Shown one piece after another: positions 25,091 through 37,051 of a stretch of 64,000 nt of DNA. The stretch covers positions 106,144,001 to 106,208,000 of the forward strand of contig NC_043004.1 in NCBI RefSeq assembly GCF_006345805.1, read 5' to 3'. A model generated the notes under the pieces. That model ran no database searches, was not told the origin of the DNA, and worked only from the letters and a program-made list of their open reading frames with translations. How positions within the stretch are numbered: position 1 is the first letter of the stretch; the number at the start of each line of letters is the position of its first letter. Both the position numbers and the translations under genes were made by a program. The DNA is from Octopus sinensis (lineage: Eukaryota).

Positions 25091-25471
25091 GGTAAACAGT
25101 AAAATTAATTACAGACATGGACAAGAACATGAAACACCACAGAGACGACACAACCACAGGACGGGACATTCGAAGCCCTCAGTCATCAGTCAAGAACCAG
25201 ATCATCTTAGCAATTTCGGCTGATTAATCTTGAGATTGCTCCGATATGGCCAGCCCGCCAAGGGAAATCTAAGCCAAGCGCATTAGATCCCCTGGAAGAA
25301 AGCTTCGAATGTATACAACGAAAGGACGGAAAACGATCGAAGTACACAAACAAAAATACAGAATACGTGACACCAATAAGAATACAAAAACGTAAAAACA
25401 ATAACGGTAAAAATAAAAAATAAACAACAAAACAAAACCAGGACGTAGGACAAGGGTCTTTCGACAGGACG
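25091..25471 (-). mobile_element. Penelope-like element pseudo-LTR fragment embedded in (TA)n
   Basis: CpG-rich young-looking insert between two TA runs; minus strand is T-rich then contains a hammerhead core, the layout typical of PLE pLTRs; no ORF. Confidence 0.55.
25179..25240 (-). ncRNA. Candidate hammerhead ribozyme with rearranged (non-circularly permuted) strand order
   Basis: Minus strand AGCAAUC/UCAAGA-UUAA-UCAG-CC-GAAA-UUGCU-13nt-UCUUGA-CUGAUGA-CUGA. Stem III AGCAAU:AUUGCU (6 bp), stem I UCAAGA:UCUUGA (6 bp), stem II CUGA:UCAG (4 bp plus CC bulge). All core nucleotides present. Confidence 0.6.
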
Positions 25472-25908
25472 ATATATATATATATATATATATGAGAGAT
25501 TCAGATGAATATGGTACATAAGTTGAGGCACCTGAATTTAGTACGGTATTACCCATACAATTTCAAAATAAGGTGATTAAAATTTAAAAAAAGCAACAAG
25601 GATATCCAGAGGTAATACTTTTGGATGTCCATGCTGCTTATTTTGATATATATATATATACACACACACACACATACATATACATACATCTACACACACA
25701 CACACACTTACACATACCTACGCAAACCACCAACTTTTGTATCCCTGGTTGGCATCCAGTACATGCTATAAAGTGGTTGGCATTAGGAAACACACCATGC
25801 AGAAACCATGCCAAAGCAAACGCTGAAACACGATGCAGTCCTTGGGCCCATCAGAACCTGTCAAAGCATCCAGTCCATGCCAGCATGGAACACGTGTTAA
25901 ATGATTAC

Positions 25909-25958
<50 letters not shown>

Positions 25959-26182
25959 ATATATATATATGACACATGCTGTCAGTAATTACTTAGGGTA
26001 GACAGTTGGTGATATTGATGTAGTAAAACACACAAAAATTAGTGAAACACAGGTGCACGACTGAGATGAAGGTAGATTTACTTCTGCCTTTATAGCACGT
26101 AAAGAAAAGGGTGTTGTAGGAGTGTAGGCAGAACGTGTACCACAGCAGTTCTATGCATAGCTTAAATACTGAGATTGAAAAG

Positions 26183-26374
26183 CAGGGGCGAAATATGCCC
26201 ATCTAATCTGCAAAAATTAGAATATTTTGCATTTTATGCATAGTAATTAGAGTAACCTTCATAATTTTATTAAATTAGGTCCATATTTTGCCATAAATGG
26301 AAAATGTTGCTATCAATCTATTTTATTCAAGGTAGGCACTGCCTACCTTGCATACCTAGGTGGGCACATCCCTA
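26183..26374. mobile_element. Probable hAT-type MITE, degraded
   Basis: Imperfect TIRs CAGGGGCG..TGCCCA / TGGGCACATCCCTA; internal perfect hairpin CAAGGTAGGCA-C-TGCCTACCTTG (26328-26350). Confidence 0.5.
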
Positions 26375-26391
26375 ATATGTGTGTGTGTGTG

Positions 26392-26442
<51 letters not shown>

Positions 26443-26467
26443 GTGTGTGTGTATGTATATATATATA

Positions 26468-26880
26468 TGTGATGTCTTCCATTCTGGCATGGGCTGTAGA
26501 GCACTAATCGTTTGTTTGGGCATGGTTTCTATGGCTGGATGCCCTTCCTAATGTCAACCACTTTACAGAAGGCACTGGGTGCTTTTTACATGGTACCAGC
26601 ATGAATGAGTTTTATGTGGCACCAGCACGGGTGCTTTGTATGTGGCACCAGCATGGGTGCATTTTACGTGGCACCAACACAGGTGCTTGTTACGTAGCAC
26701 CAGCACAGGTGCTTTTTATCTGACACCAGCGTGGGTGCTTTTTATGTTGCACTATTACAGGTGCTCTGTACATGGAAGCAGCTCGTTGTTTTGTAAGTGG
26801 CATCAACACCTGCAAGCTCACAAGACAAAGCCCTCTCAGCTGAGAGAGGAAGTGAAACCAAGAGATTAGAGTATGATAGA
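26468..26880 (-). mobile_element. Tail-B SINE module with ~25-bp tandem expansion
   Basis: About 8-9 units of GTGCTTTTTAYGTGGCACCAGCACRG at 26578-26815, adjacent to the reverse-complement tail B. Confidence 0.8.
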
Positions 26881-28430
26881 GGGACAAAGATAGTCTTCTT
26901 GCTATCAAAAAATACTTGGTAAATATTTATTGTATGTTTAAACTCCTGGCAATGCATATGCATTGTAAAACAAATAATTTTCTTATCTCAAAGTGTTGGA
27001 CGAAATAAGTCACTCAAAAATATAAATTATTTCTCAGATAATCCAATACCAACATTATTGCATTTTTGTGGTTAGTTATCTCTGAAGAGTTGGTGTAAGA
27101 CTAATTTTTGATGGTGTTATTCACAATGCTTTCATTTTTTAATAGGTAAATTCATTGTTTGCTACTGTGATGGTGTTGATGGTGATAATAATGATGATGT
27201 AGATTAGTACTGTGTAGATTAGCAGTTGTAGTGGTGACAATGTTAATGAGCTGGCTGTTGTAGTGGTGGCAGTAGAGGTGTTACTGTTAATTCTTGTCTA
27301 CTAAGAATGACTAATTCAGTCTACTACACTCTCTGATCTGAATGGACCTATAATTAAGTGGTATAGCATTGACCACACACACACACACACTCTCTCTCTC
27401 TCATACACACACACACATGCATGCACATGCCTATACACACACTCTCTCTCATACACACACATGCATGCACATGCCTATGCACACACACACACACACACCG
27501 TATGCTCCTTAGTTTGTTCATTCAGTTGGATTAATTAAGAAATCTCTTTGTTGTTTGTTGATATGAAGTCTCCCCCTATTCATTCTTTACCGACTTTGTT
27601 ACATGCTCACACACACACACATACATCACATAGATTCCTTTTGACTGGGTAGAAGACCAATTTTTTCAGAGGATCCATTATGTCAGGATGAAAGCTGAAA
27701 GTTAGGCCACCTAATTTCGACTCATATACTTTTGGATCAGATTGCAAACTAAATATATATATAAGAAATCATTTGTGTATGTGTGTGTGTAGATAGATTG
27801 GTAGATACACACACACACACGCACACACTCATGCTGTTATCATTAACATTATTTTCATGTCAAAAACTGTTATGCTTAATATTATTAGTAACAACAATCA
27901 GGTTGTTTGTTAATAGTCTCCATTGGACATATTTTCATTCTAATCTAAAACAATAACCAACAGAGTAATAATGTAGTCTCTATCTAGTGGTGTAACCTGT
28001 TAGAAATAGCAACCAGATATCCTAGACAATACCCTACTGTCTTAAAGATGTGTCAGAGATTGGATAAGTTAATCTTTGATTATAGATCTATTGATTTGGG
28101 TTTTAACCTGGAATTAAAAATGAAGTGCAAAATTTAGTTTTTAAACCTTTACAAGACATTTCAGAAAGCAATTACTGTTTTTATATGCATCTTCCATTCT
28201 AACATGACTGGGATGGTCTCCAAAACTTTGTACACTTCTATACTGCTGGAGCAATTGTTTTGCAGCTGTAAAAAAATTCCTTCTGCTGACCTCTTACATG
28301 TCAGATGGCCTAAGGCAAACAGAGTTATGGGCCTTGTCAGGAAGTACAACATAATGATAGCAGCTATAGGATTTTAGCTCAGCTCGTGTGTGGCCATTAA
28401 ATTCAAATATGTATGTTTGTGTGTGTATGT

Positions 28431-28611
28431 AGGCACCAGCATGGTGTACAGTTAAAAAATTCACTTCCCAACCACATGGTTTTGAGTTCAGTCTCACTAT
28501 GTGGCACCTTGAGCTTGTATATTCTACTATAGTCTCAGGCCAACCAAAGCCTTGTTAGTAGATTTGATAGACAGAACCTGGAAGAAGCCTGTTGTGTATG
28601 TGTGTGAGAGT

Positions 28612-28652
<41 letters not shown>

Positions 28653-28902
28653 CATGTATGTGTTTCTGTCTCTTTCTCTTGACATGTTGTAGAGATGTAA
28701 ATGAATATCACTCTCATACAAGCAGTGTCCCACATTTTCTATCTTCCATAGAAATGCATGCAACCATGAGGAATAAAAACCTCACTTGGAAATGTGAGGG
28801 TGGCGATAAACAGGGCATCTGGTCATAGAAAATCTACTTCAACAAATTCTCTTCAACTTGTGTGAACATGGAGAAACAAAAAAGCATTGAAACAATGATG
28901 AT
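28431..28902 (+). mobile_element. SINE family 1 with tail B variant and internal (CA)n
   Basis: Family 1 head, then AAGCAGTGTC...GGGCATCTGG...CATGGAG...ATGATGAT. Confidence 0.8.
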
Positions 28903-30125
28903 TTGAATAGCATGAATGTCATCAAATCCCATTTTCACTTTGCATTACATTTCCTTTACATTATTCCCCTAATTCTGCATACTTTCTTCTCTTCTCTTAT
29001 GAATCAACTATCATAGACCCCTCTTCCACAACTTAGTCAGCTCTGTGATGACTGCATGGCATATGTATCATCAAGTGACTAAGAGACAGAGGCCATTTAC
29101 ACTCCTTATCTCTTTGGTACAAGTTAAAGCATAACATACAAGTGACCTTATAAAACAGTAAAAAGTCCACAGGTTAAGGCATACTATAGGATGGCAGAGA
29201 CGGCTGTGTGCAAGTGTGAATCCCATGAGTTGGAGTGGCTGTTCCAGCTTCCAGCACATCTCCCAGGCAACACTTCATCCTTTTTGTCTGCCAGAATCAT
29301 GAGACAGACCAACAAGTTGTTTTTGTGGAAGAAAATATATATCATCCTGTTTGTATTTAATGATGATAATACTGTCTGTGAGTGTGTGTAAAATTTGTTT
29401 TCCTTTATGTGTATAGCTTTAGGAAGGGCATTCAGCTGTAGAAAGCATGCCAGATCAGATGGGAACCTGGTACAGCTCCCCAGTATAGTCAAACCATCCA
29501 ATCCATGCCAGCATGGAGAATGAAGATGATGATGATGATATATATGCATGTGTATGTAATGTGTGTGTGTATTGTGATGTCAATGTTGTTTAGACCCCCC
29601 CCCAGTCATTTCTGAATGAGTAGATCCTTGTATGAAAAGCATTCCAGTTACAACTTCCCTGTCCTTCCATATATCAAGGGCTACCTTGCCTATTGTGTCC
29701 TACAAGAGTGTAGGCTGTGATTCAAGGAAAATTTGGTTGTTATTTCCAGCAGATTAAACAACTTGCATAGAGGCTCCTTCATTGACATTTTTAATGTAGT
29801 ATTTTTAATGCAAAAGGTACAATAACCTATTTTACCTTGGATTGCTTAGCAAGAAATAGCCACTCTTTATACTTCACAGCTCAATGGTTTGTGGTGGAAA
29901 GGGACAGAGACGTCTCTCTGTAAAATTATTTGCTCTGACAATTCTTATGTAAATGTCTATTGCTGTAAAACTCATTTCACCAATGACAAATGGATGGAAA
30001 GCACTGAAGGAGAACAACACAAAGAGATGTTCTGTGAATAGGTTTCTGGTCTTGGCTGTCTGATTTGATGGCCTTTTCTTACGGTTTGACTCCAGTTGAA
30101 CATTCACAATGTGTGTGTATGAATG

Positions 30126-30156
<31 letters not shown>

Positions 30157-30219
30157 CACACACACACACACCCTCACTATGTTATGTATGTTTGTTTTCA
30201 ATGTATTAAGGTATGAGGG

Positions 30220-30548
30220 AATGAAGTTATGGTTGTGTGGTTAGAGAGCTCGCTTTCCAACCACATGGTTAGGGGTTCAGCCCCACTGCATGACACCTTG
30301 GGCAAATTCCTTCTACGGTAGCCCTAGGCCAACTAATGCCTTGTGATTGTATTTGGTAATCAGAAACTGTGTGGAAACCAATCATACGTGTCCCCCACCC
30401 TGCTTGACAACAAATATTTGTTTGTTTATGTTCCTGTAACTTAGCAATTCAACAAAAGACACTAATAGAATAAGCATTAGGTTTAAATAAAATTGAGTCC
30501 TTCAAGGTGGTGCTCCTGCATGGCCACAGTCCAGTGACTGAAAAGATA
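30220..30548 (+). mobile_element. SINE family 1 with tail A
   Basis: Colinear with 38567-38960. Confidence 0.8.
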
Positions 30549-30867
30549 GATATAGTTATGTGGTGATGTGTTAAATTTATGATCAACTCTGACTGTTGCA
30601 TTAACCGCATTGATTAGTGGGCAATATAATTTCAGTAGATTAGTGGTCATTGACCTTAGTTTAATCTCTCAATGGATTAGTAGTGAATAGTTAGTCACTT
30701 CTGCTGATCAGTGATTTGTCTTGTGATTAGTCATGCCAGTTATTGAATAATGGTTAATCATTTGAAATTCATTAGTACTATCAGTAGTTAGTATCATCAA
30801 TAAATTCTTAGTTAATGCCATTTTTGTTCTTCTATATGTCGTTAATTACCTCAATAATTTAATAGTG

Positions 30868-31225
30868 GGCGCAGGAGTGGCTGTGTGGTAAGTAGCTTGC
30901 TTCCCAACCACATGATTCTGGATTCAGTCCCACTGCGTGGCATCTTGGGCAAGTGTCTTCTACTATAGCCTCGGGCCAACCAATGCCTTGTGAGTGGATT
31001 TGGTAGACGGAAACTGAAAGAAGCCCATCGTATACATGTATAAATAAATATATATATATATAGGAGTGGCTGTGCGTTAAGTAGCTTGCTTACCAACCAC
31101 ATGGTTCCGGGTTCAGTCCCACTACGTGGCACTTTGGGCAAGTGTCTTCTACTATAGCCTTGGGTCGACCAAAGCCTTGTGAGTGGATTTGGTAGGCAGA
31201 AACTGAAAGAAGCCCGTCATATATA

Positions 31226-31258
<33 letters not shown>

Positions 31259-31466
31259 GTATGTTTATGTGTCTGTGTTTGTTCCCCCAACATCGCTTGA
31301 CAACCTATGCTGGTGTGTTTACGTCCCCATAACTTAGCAGTTTGGCAAAAGAGACCAATAGAATAAGTACTAGGCTTGCAAAGAATAAGTCCTGGGGTTG
31401 ATTTCTATGACTAAAGGTGGTGCTACAGCATGGCCACAGTCAAATGACTGAAACCAGTGAAAGAGT
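30868..31466 (+). mobile_element. Young SINE family 1 with duplicated head (30868-31035 and 31061-31220) and one tail A
   Basis: Two near-identical AGGAGTGGCTGTG...GAAACTGAAAGAAGCCC heads separated by TA repeats. Confidence 0.9.
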
Positions 31467-31690
31467 GTCAGTAGTAACTGCATCATAGGAATTAATTTGT
31501 TCATTATTAGGCAAACTTCATTTTTGTATGTTTGTGATACCAACTGGCCAACAAGCATCTTTAGTATTATGTGGGCCATAATTTCCTTTATACCTTTATG
31601 GTATTATCTGGATGACAATGTTATACTACTTTGATATCATATGGTCAATGAATGGAGAACACTAATACCATCTGTTAAACATCAATGCAG

Positions 31691-31929
31691 GTCCCAAAGA
31701 ACCTGAGGGACCTACACAAAGAGGATGTAGATGTTTTCAAAACAAAATTGGATCTCTTCCTGTCAAAAGTCCCAGATGAACCTGCCTCATGACAGGAGAG
31801 CAACATCAAACTCCCTTATTCATCAAATACCACATATCAGAGGTGGCTCTCAACAATAACAGTGTAGCAAAATGGCGGTGCCCCAGCATGGCCATAGCTT
31901 GGAGCAGAAACTGATAAAAAATAAAAAAA
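31691..31929 (+). mobile_element. CR1-group LINE 3' end (5'-truncated)
   Basis: Translates VPKNLRDLHKEDVDVFKTKLDLFLSKVPDEP...ATSNSLIHQIP (FK.KLD.FL..VPDEP..SNSL motif of invertebrate CR1-like ORF2 C-termini); 3' UTR ends GGCGGTGCCCCAGCATGGCCA...A-rich. Confidence 0.8.
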
Positions 31930-33669
31930 GTATCACTGTCATGCACATGGTGTCCTTTGTTTCCAATCTTCTGCGAGAACGTCATAGGGAAATATTAACA
32001 TACTTCAAAACAAGTAAGGGTTAGTAAGAAGGGCATCTGACCATTGAAAAATCTGCCTCAAATTCCATCCGAGTCATGCAAGCATGGACATGTAGATATC
32101 TTTAAAAAAATGTGTTCTCTTTATATGAAAGATGACAGATTTTGTGTTAAATGAGACAAGACACTACTGTGTACTTATAAAGTATGATTCTTTGAAGTAG
32201 ACACTTCCAATGCACTTATGAAAATGTTCCCTTGGAGAAGACATATTCATACTACATATGTAGTATTTGTTTGGAAAAGATGGTACTTTACCATGGTGCT
32301 ACACAGGAAGCCTGTCCATACTACTCATGGAAATATTGCATGTAAGAATGACACTGTACATCATGGTAGTCATTTTAATTAGTCAAACACTCTGCTGGTA
32401 CTAACATTGAATTATTTTCGAGTGGTTATACTAGACATGTTTTTTTCATGTCCGGTTCTACAAAATTCCATGGGACAGCTGGGACACTAAGCTACCAAGC
32501 TAAATGTATACTCTAGTACTTGATTAAGTCAAATCATGTCGAAGTTTACTGTACCTGCTCTTGTTCAAAGTTCATTAAAATGATAGCAGTCATTTACTGA
32601 AGTGAATTTGAATAAAAATACTTATCCTTTTCATATTTGTGACCTTGTGCCAATGTAAAAAGAATCATTATTTCCAAACCTATACGTCTATTTCAGTTCT
32701 TTCTTTAAGGCAAGCATCACCCCTTTTTCTCAATGACATTATGGTTATCAATCCCCTATTTCAGAATGATAATTCCATCCCCCACCCCAACCACTCTGTT
32801 TCCTCTGACCTTTATAAGGATCAAGAATTAACTAAGTGTCAGCAAGTCATTACTAACAATTTACTATTGCTTTTTGTGGAACTTCCCTGCTCCTTCTTCT
32901 ATTCCTTACCCTGACTTTATCAATTACCCAAGCACTTAGCATTCTGATATTCTATTGTATCCTCATAACAACAAAACCTTTGATTTACCCCTCAAAATAA
33001 TAAACCACTGACCTTTCTCATCATGAACCTTTCATTCTGTTCCCCCAGTTTACTGAAACAATATTGTTAATGAACAATAAGTGATATGTGTAAGGGTTAG
33101 GGGGGGGTGAGCCAGGGTTGTTCTGGTCATGTGACACCATCCAACTTTAGCTTCACTGTTGGCCTCTAAAGTAGAGGAATCCATGTATTTTGCACCAGAT
33201 ACCTACTCCTCCTCCTCCTCCTCCTCCTTTGAACCTATCTGTTGTCCTTTTGTATTCAAAAGAACAAAAATAGAAAGTTTTTGTTTTTTGCTTTCAACCA
33301 CTGGCACAGTCACCTAATTTTCACAGAATGTAGTGATTGGTGATGACTTTAAGGACAGCGATTGCATGTGGCGGGCAGGGGGATATAGCATGAGCTGGGG
33401 GTGGATGTAAATAACTTTGGGATTTGTTGTATATATGTTTTATGCATGAGTGAGGGAAATTACCCCAGTCACTTTAAGGCCCTCAGACTAAATGTAAGCA
33501 AGTGTAGAAAAAATAATAATAATAAAACTTAGACAGCAATGTGTAGGAATGACTTCATGAATGTGTGAATAGAAAGTTTGCTTCATAACCATGTGGTTTC
33601 AAGTTCTATCTCTTTGTGTGGCCCTATAATCCTTAAGCATTTAGCCTGCAAGATTAATTCAAGATATTG

Positions 33670-33915
33670 TCACCAGTGCTGCCTCTTTGGCACCTGTGCT
33701 AGTGGCTGATACCAGTGCCGCCTGACTGGCTCCTGTGCCGGTGGCATGTAAAAAGCACCCACTACACTCTCAGAGTGGTTGGCGTTAGGAAGGGCATCCA
33801 GCTGTAGAAACCTTGCCAAATCAGATTGGAGCCTGGTGCAGCCTCCCAGCTTGCCAGTTCTTGGTCAAACTGTCCAACCAATGCCAGTGTTGAAAGTGGA
33901 CAATGATAGTAATGA
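33670..33915 (+). mobile_element. Tail-B SINE module
   Basis: Colinear with 1688-1876. Confidence 0.85.
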
Positions 33916-33942
33916 TAATCTGAATGTAAGTATCTTCTACTG

Positions 33943-34016
33943 CAGTGGTTCTCAACTGTTTTTTGTCTGTGGATCACTTTAATTTCAATTTTACTCTACT
34001 AAACCTTCATAGCCAT

Positions 34017-34051
<35 letters not shown>

Positions 34052-34205
34052 AAAAAATCCCTACTGTATTTTTAGAATTAGATATTATTAGGAATTGTAT
34101 AAAAAGAAGAAATTTAATATTTTGTGTATCGTAGAAGTTTAAGCAATTTATTGTACATAAACTTTAACAACAAGATATTATGTGGACCCCAGTTGAGAAC
34201 CCCTG
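33943..34205. mobile_element. hAT (Charlie/MER5-like) MITE with internal (TA)n
   Basis: TIRs CAGTGGTTCTCAAC / GTTGAGAACCCCTG; flanks TTCTACTG / TTTTATTG. Confidence 0.8.
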
Positions 34206-34734
34206 TTTTATTGTAATGTCAGGCCTGACCAATGCCCTGTGAGTGGAATTGGCAGATGGAAACTGTATGGAAGTATGTTGTGTGTTTGTGTGAATATTTA
34301 CATTCTGTCTTCACATTAAACTGTTTGAGGAGAATGGTGACATTATGTTGAAACTCCTTATTGACTACACATCCTGCAGCACAGTTCTTTCAAAGATAAG
34401 TGGAATATAAAAAAGGTCCCTTAAAAATGGTTAAGGGCTAGCAACAGGAAAGGCTTCCGGCTATAAAATAATTCCTGAATAATAAGCATTCATCCAGTCC
34501 ATAGAAAAATGTACATAAAAGAATGACCAAGCAAATGAGTGAGAAGAAATTAAGTCAGTGTTAAATGTAATTTTAATCTGACTTTATCAAACATGGGTGT
34601 CAACTCTCTGTATATTTTGGTTTTAATAATTCTCAGCAATAACTTGGTCAGATTAGTAAATGAAAAATGAATCAATAAGGTATATTTGTAGGTGTCAGAA
34701 CATACCACATTGATTGTTTATTTATGCTTAAAAT

Positions 34735-34940
34735 TTTAGCTGTTTCTGGTCCTAGTATTCTGCTTGTTTTATGTTCAAATTGGACAGATCTGGCCTCTCA
34801 CACCTACCCTACAATATCGTTTTAAAAATAAACAATTACATCACCAAAATTGTAAAGCTACAGGGTAATGCATGATCAATTCAAAGCAATGTGAATAAAT
34901 AAGCATTAGATTTGTCAGGGTAATCTGAATGCTAAATGCT
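34735..34940 (-). mobile_element. piggyBac MITE (family P2), degraded ends
   Basis: Internal sequence colinear with 14537-14754. Confidence 0.75.
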
Positions 34941-35104
34941 TATAAATACTTAATATGCTGCTAAAGAAAAGACATTCCCTGTTAGACATTTGCAACCCTC
35001 ATGATGCTTCTGTGTTGATTGCTACTCTGTTCACTGAACCAGAAAATACTTAAGGGCGATTTCATCATCATCATATTAATAATTTATTTATTTATATTTT
35101 GCAG

Positions 35105-35160
35105 TTGGCTTCACCCACCTCTGAAGAAAACATGTCGGATCTACGGAATATAATAACAAA
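35105..35160 (+). CDS. Probable 56-nt coding exon (LASPTSEENMSDLRNIIT-K) of the tensin-like gene
   Basis: TTTATATTTTGCAG acceptor, AAA|GTAAGT donor, open frame; ends in phase 2, exactly what exon 55941 needs. Confidence 0.7.
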
Positions 35161-36459
35161 GTAAGTATTTAATGTTTTACCATATTAGACTTTACAAGTG
35201 TTGTATTATACTAGAGAATTCCACACAACCAAGGTTCCATACAGTGGGACTGAACCTGGAACCATACATTTGGGAAGCAGGCTTCTAAATCACACAGCCA
35301 CCCACACCTACACCTATATGTGTGTGTGTGTGTAAAATTAATCACATTTAATTGCTAGTTGTGCATCTATCTGAATATTTGCACCATTCCTTATAGGTGC
35401 AATTGGTAGATTCTCTGCCATCTGCTATTCATCTGGAACTTTATTTTTCTAAATTTCTTGTTGAAAATATCTTACTTTGTAATGACCATTGGAGTGAGCA
35501 TTTCTGAGGAAGCTTCACCAAAAATGGTCTGCAGGGGCCTACTAGCCTGTTTACAATTACAACCAGGAAGGGAATCATGTGCAAAGGAAACTAAAATAAC
35601 TAGCATCTATCCCAGAAATAGCTACAGAAATATAAACACTTAGCGAATTTCTTTACTCAGTGTTTATATGGGTGGTGTTGGCGGTGGCAGCTATAGTAGC
35701 AGGGGATGGGGGCAGTGCTGTCTTGTTGTTTTTCCATTTTTTTTCTTTTTGGAGTATTAGGTGTGGATGTTTCAATGATGAACACCAACTGTTCTTTATA
35801 ATGCTGATGGTGGTGGTGCTGGGTGGTGATTGTGGAGCTGGTTTTAGAAAGTAGCTGTAAAGATAAGTATTGTGATGGTGGTGGTGGTGGTGGTGGCGAC
35901 TATTCTAATTGCTGTTGTTGTTCCTACCGTAGTAATCCATGATGGCTCCAATATTTAAAAAAATTTGTTTTTTACCAAGGAAAAATGAGTAACAGGATTT
36001 GCTGGGTGAAGGCATCTTTGGTCAACAGTCTAAGTTGTGGGGGAGGTGGAAAGGGTGAGAGAGAAAGAAAGAAGAAGAATGGTGGGAGGGGGAGTGATGT
36101 TTTGTTAAGAACTATTTATAAACTAACATGAATATTTACAACAATTCCATCCAGTGTTGAAAAACAAATAGGGTGGGGAGCTCTGAAAGTGAAGATGGGG
36201 GCAGGGTAAGGGTGGCAGGTTTTGAGTGGAATTTGTAAAGAAACACACCTCAAAGATTACTCTATGTATTGTCATTCTTTGGAGTAAAGAACACCAACAT
36301 TGGAAAATAAAATCACTCACTCACTCACTCTCTCTCTCTCTCTCACCCAAGAATGTCTGTATACATCTGAGTGTCAACACACACACACAGACATATATAT
36401 ATACATACATATCTTAAACACTCATTTTATATATATATATGTACACACACACATTACAC

Positions 36460-36491
<32 letters not shown>

Positions 36492-37051
36492 CCAGAGTAA
36501 ACACATAAATGTGAAACAAGGTGGAAAAAAGAGTACTCAAATACCAGTGGTAGAGTAATATGCTTTAAATAAAGTATATATATATATATATGTATGTATG
36601 TATGTATACACATATATATTTGCACATCTATACACATTCACATAGGCTAGCAAATAATGTGATCCACTGAAATTATCCGACACATCTCTCTCTTTCTCTC
36701 ACTCCCTCTCTGTCTCTCTCACACATTTCACATTTGTATTCTTTTGCATTGAAGCTGAGGAAAATCTGTGATGTTGAAATAATCCAAGATGTGCTAAAAA
36801 AAGAAAGAATAGTTTTGGCAGTCAGTAGTTGTCATTCTTGGTAGCTGCTGTTATTTTTCTCTACTGGAATAAACCATTGAGTGAAAAGACTAGGATTGGG
36901 TAACTCTCAAAAATAATGCTAAAAAGTTTAGTGAAGTTAATATTTGTTGAAGAGAGTAATAAGCTTTTATGCCTAACTTGTGCTGAGGATAGCTAAACCA
37001 GTGGAGCCTTGAACTGAATGTTTTGTAATATTTAGGTAGCAACTCTTTACA

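Noticed and set aside
26578-26815. ~25-bp repeat array resembling a CRISPR array
   Set aside because: Units are contiguous with no unique spacers, degenerate, part of a SINE module, in animal DNA with no cas genes
33705-33760. HDV-like or twister ribozyme in the GC-rich tail-B module
   Set aside because: Several short complementary segments exist, but I could not place the nested double pseudoknot or catalytic residues
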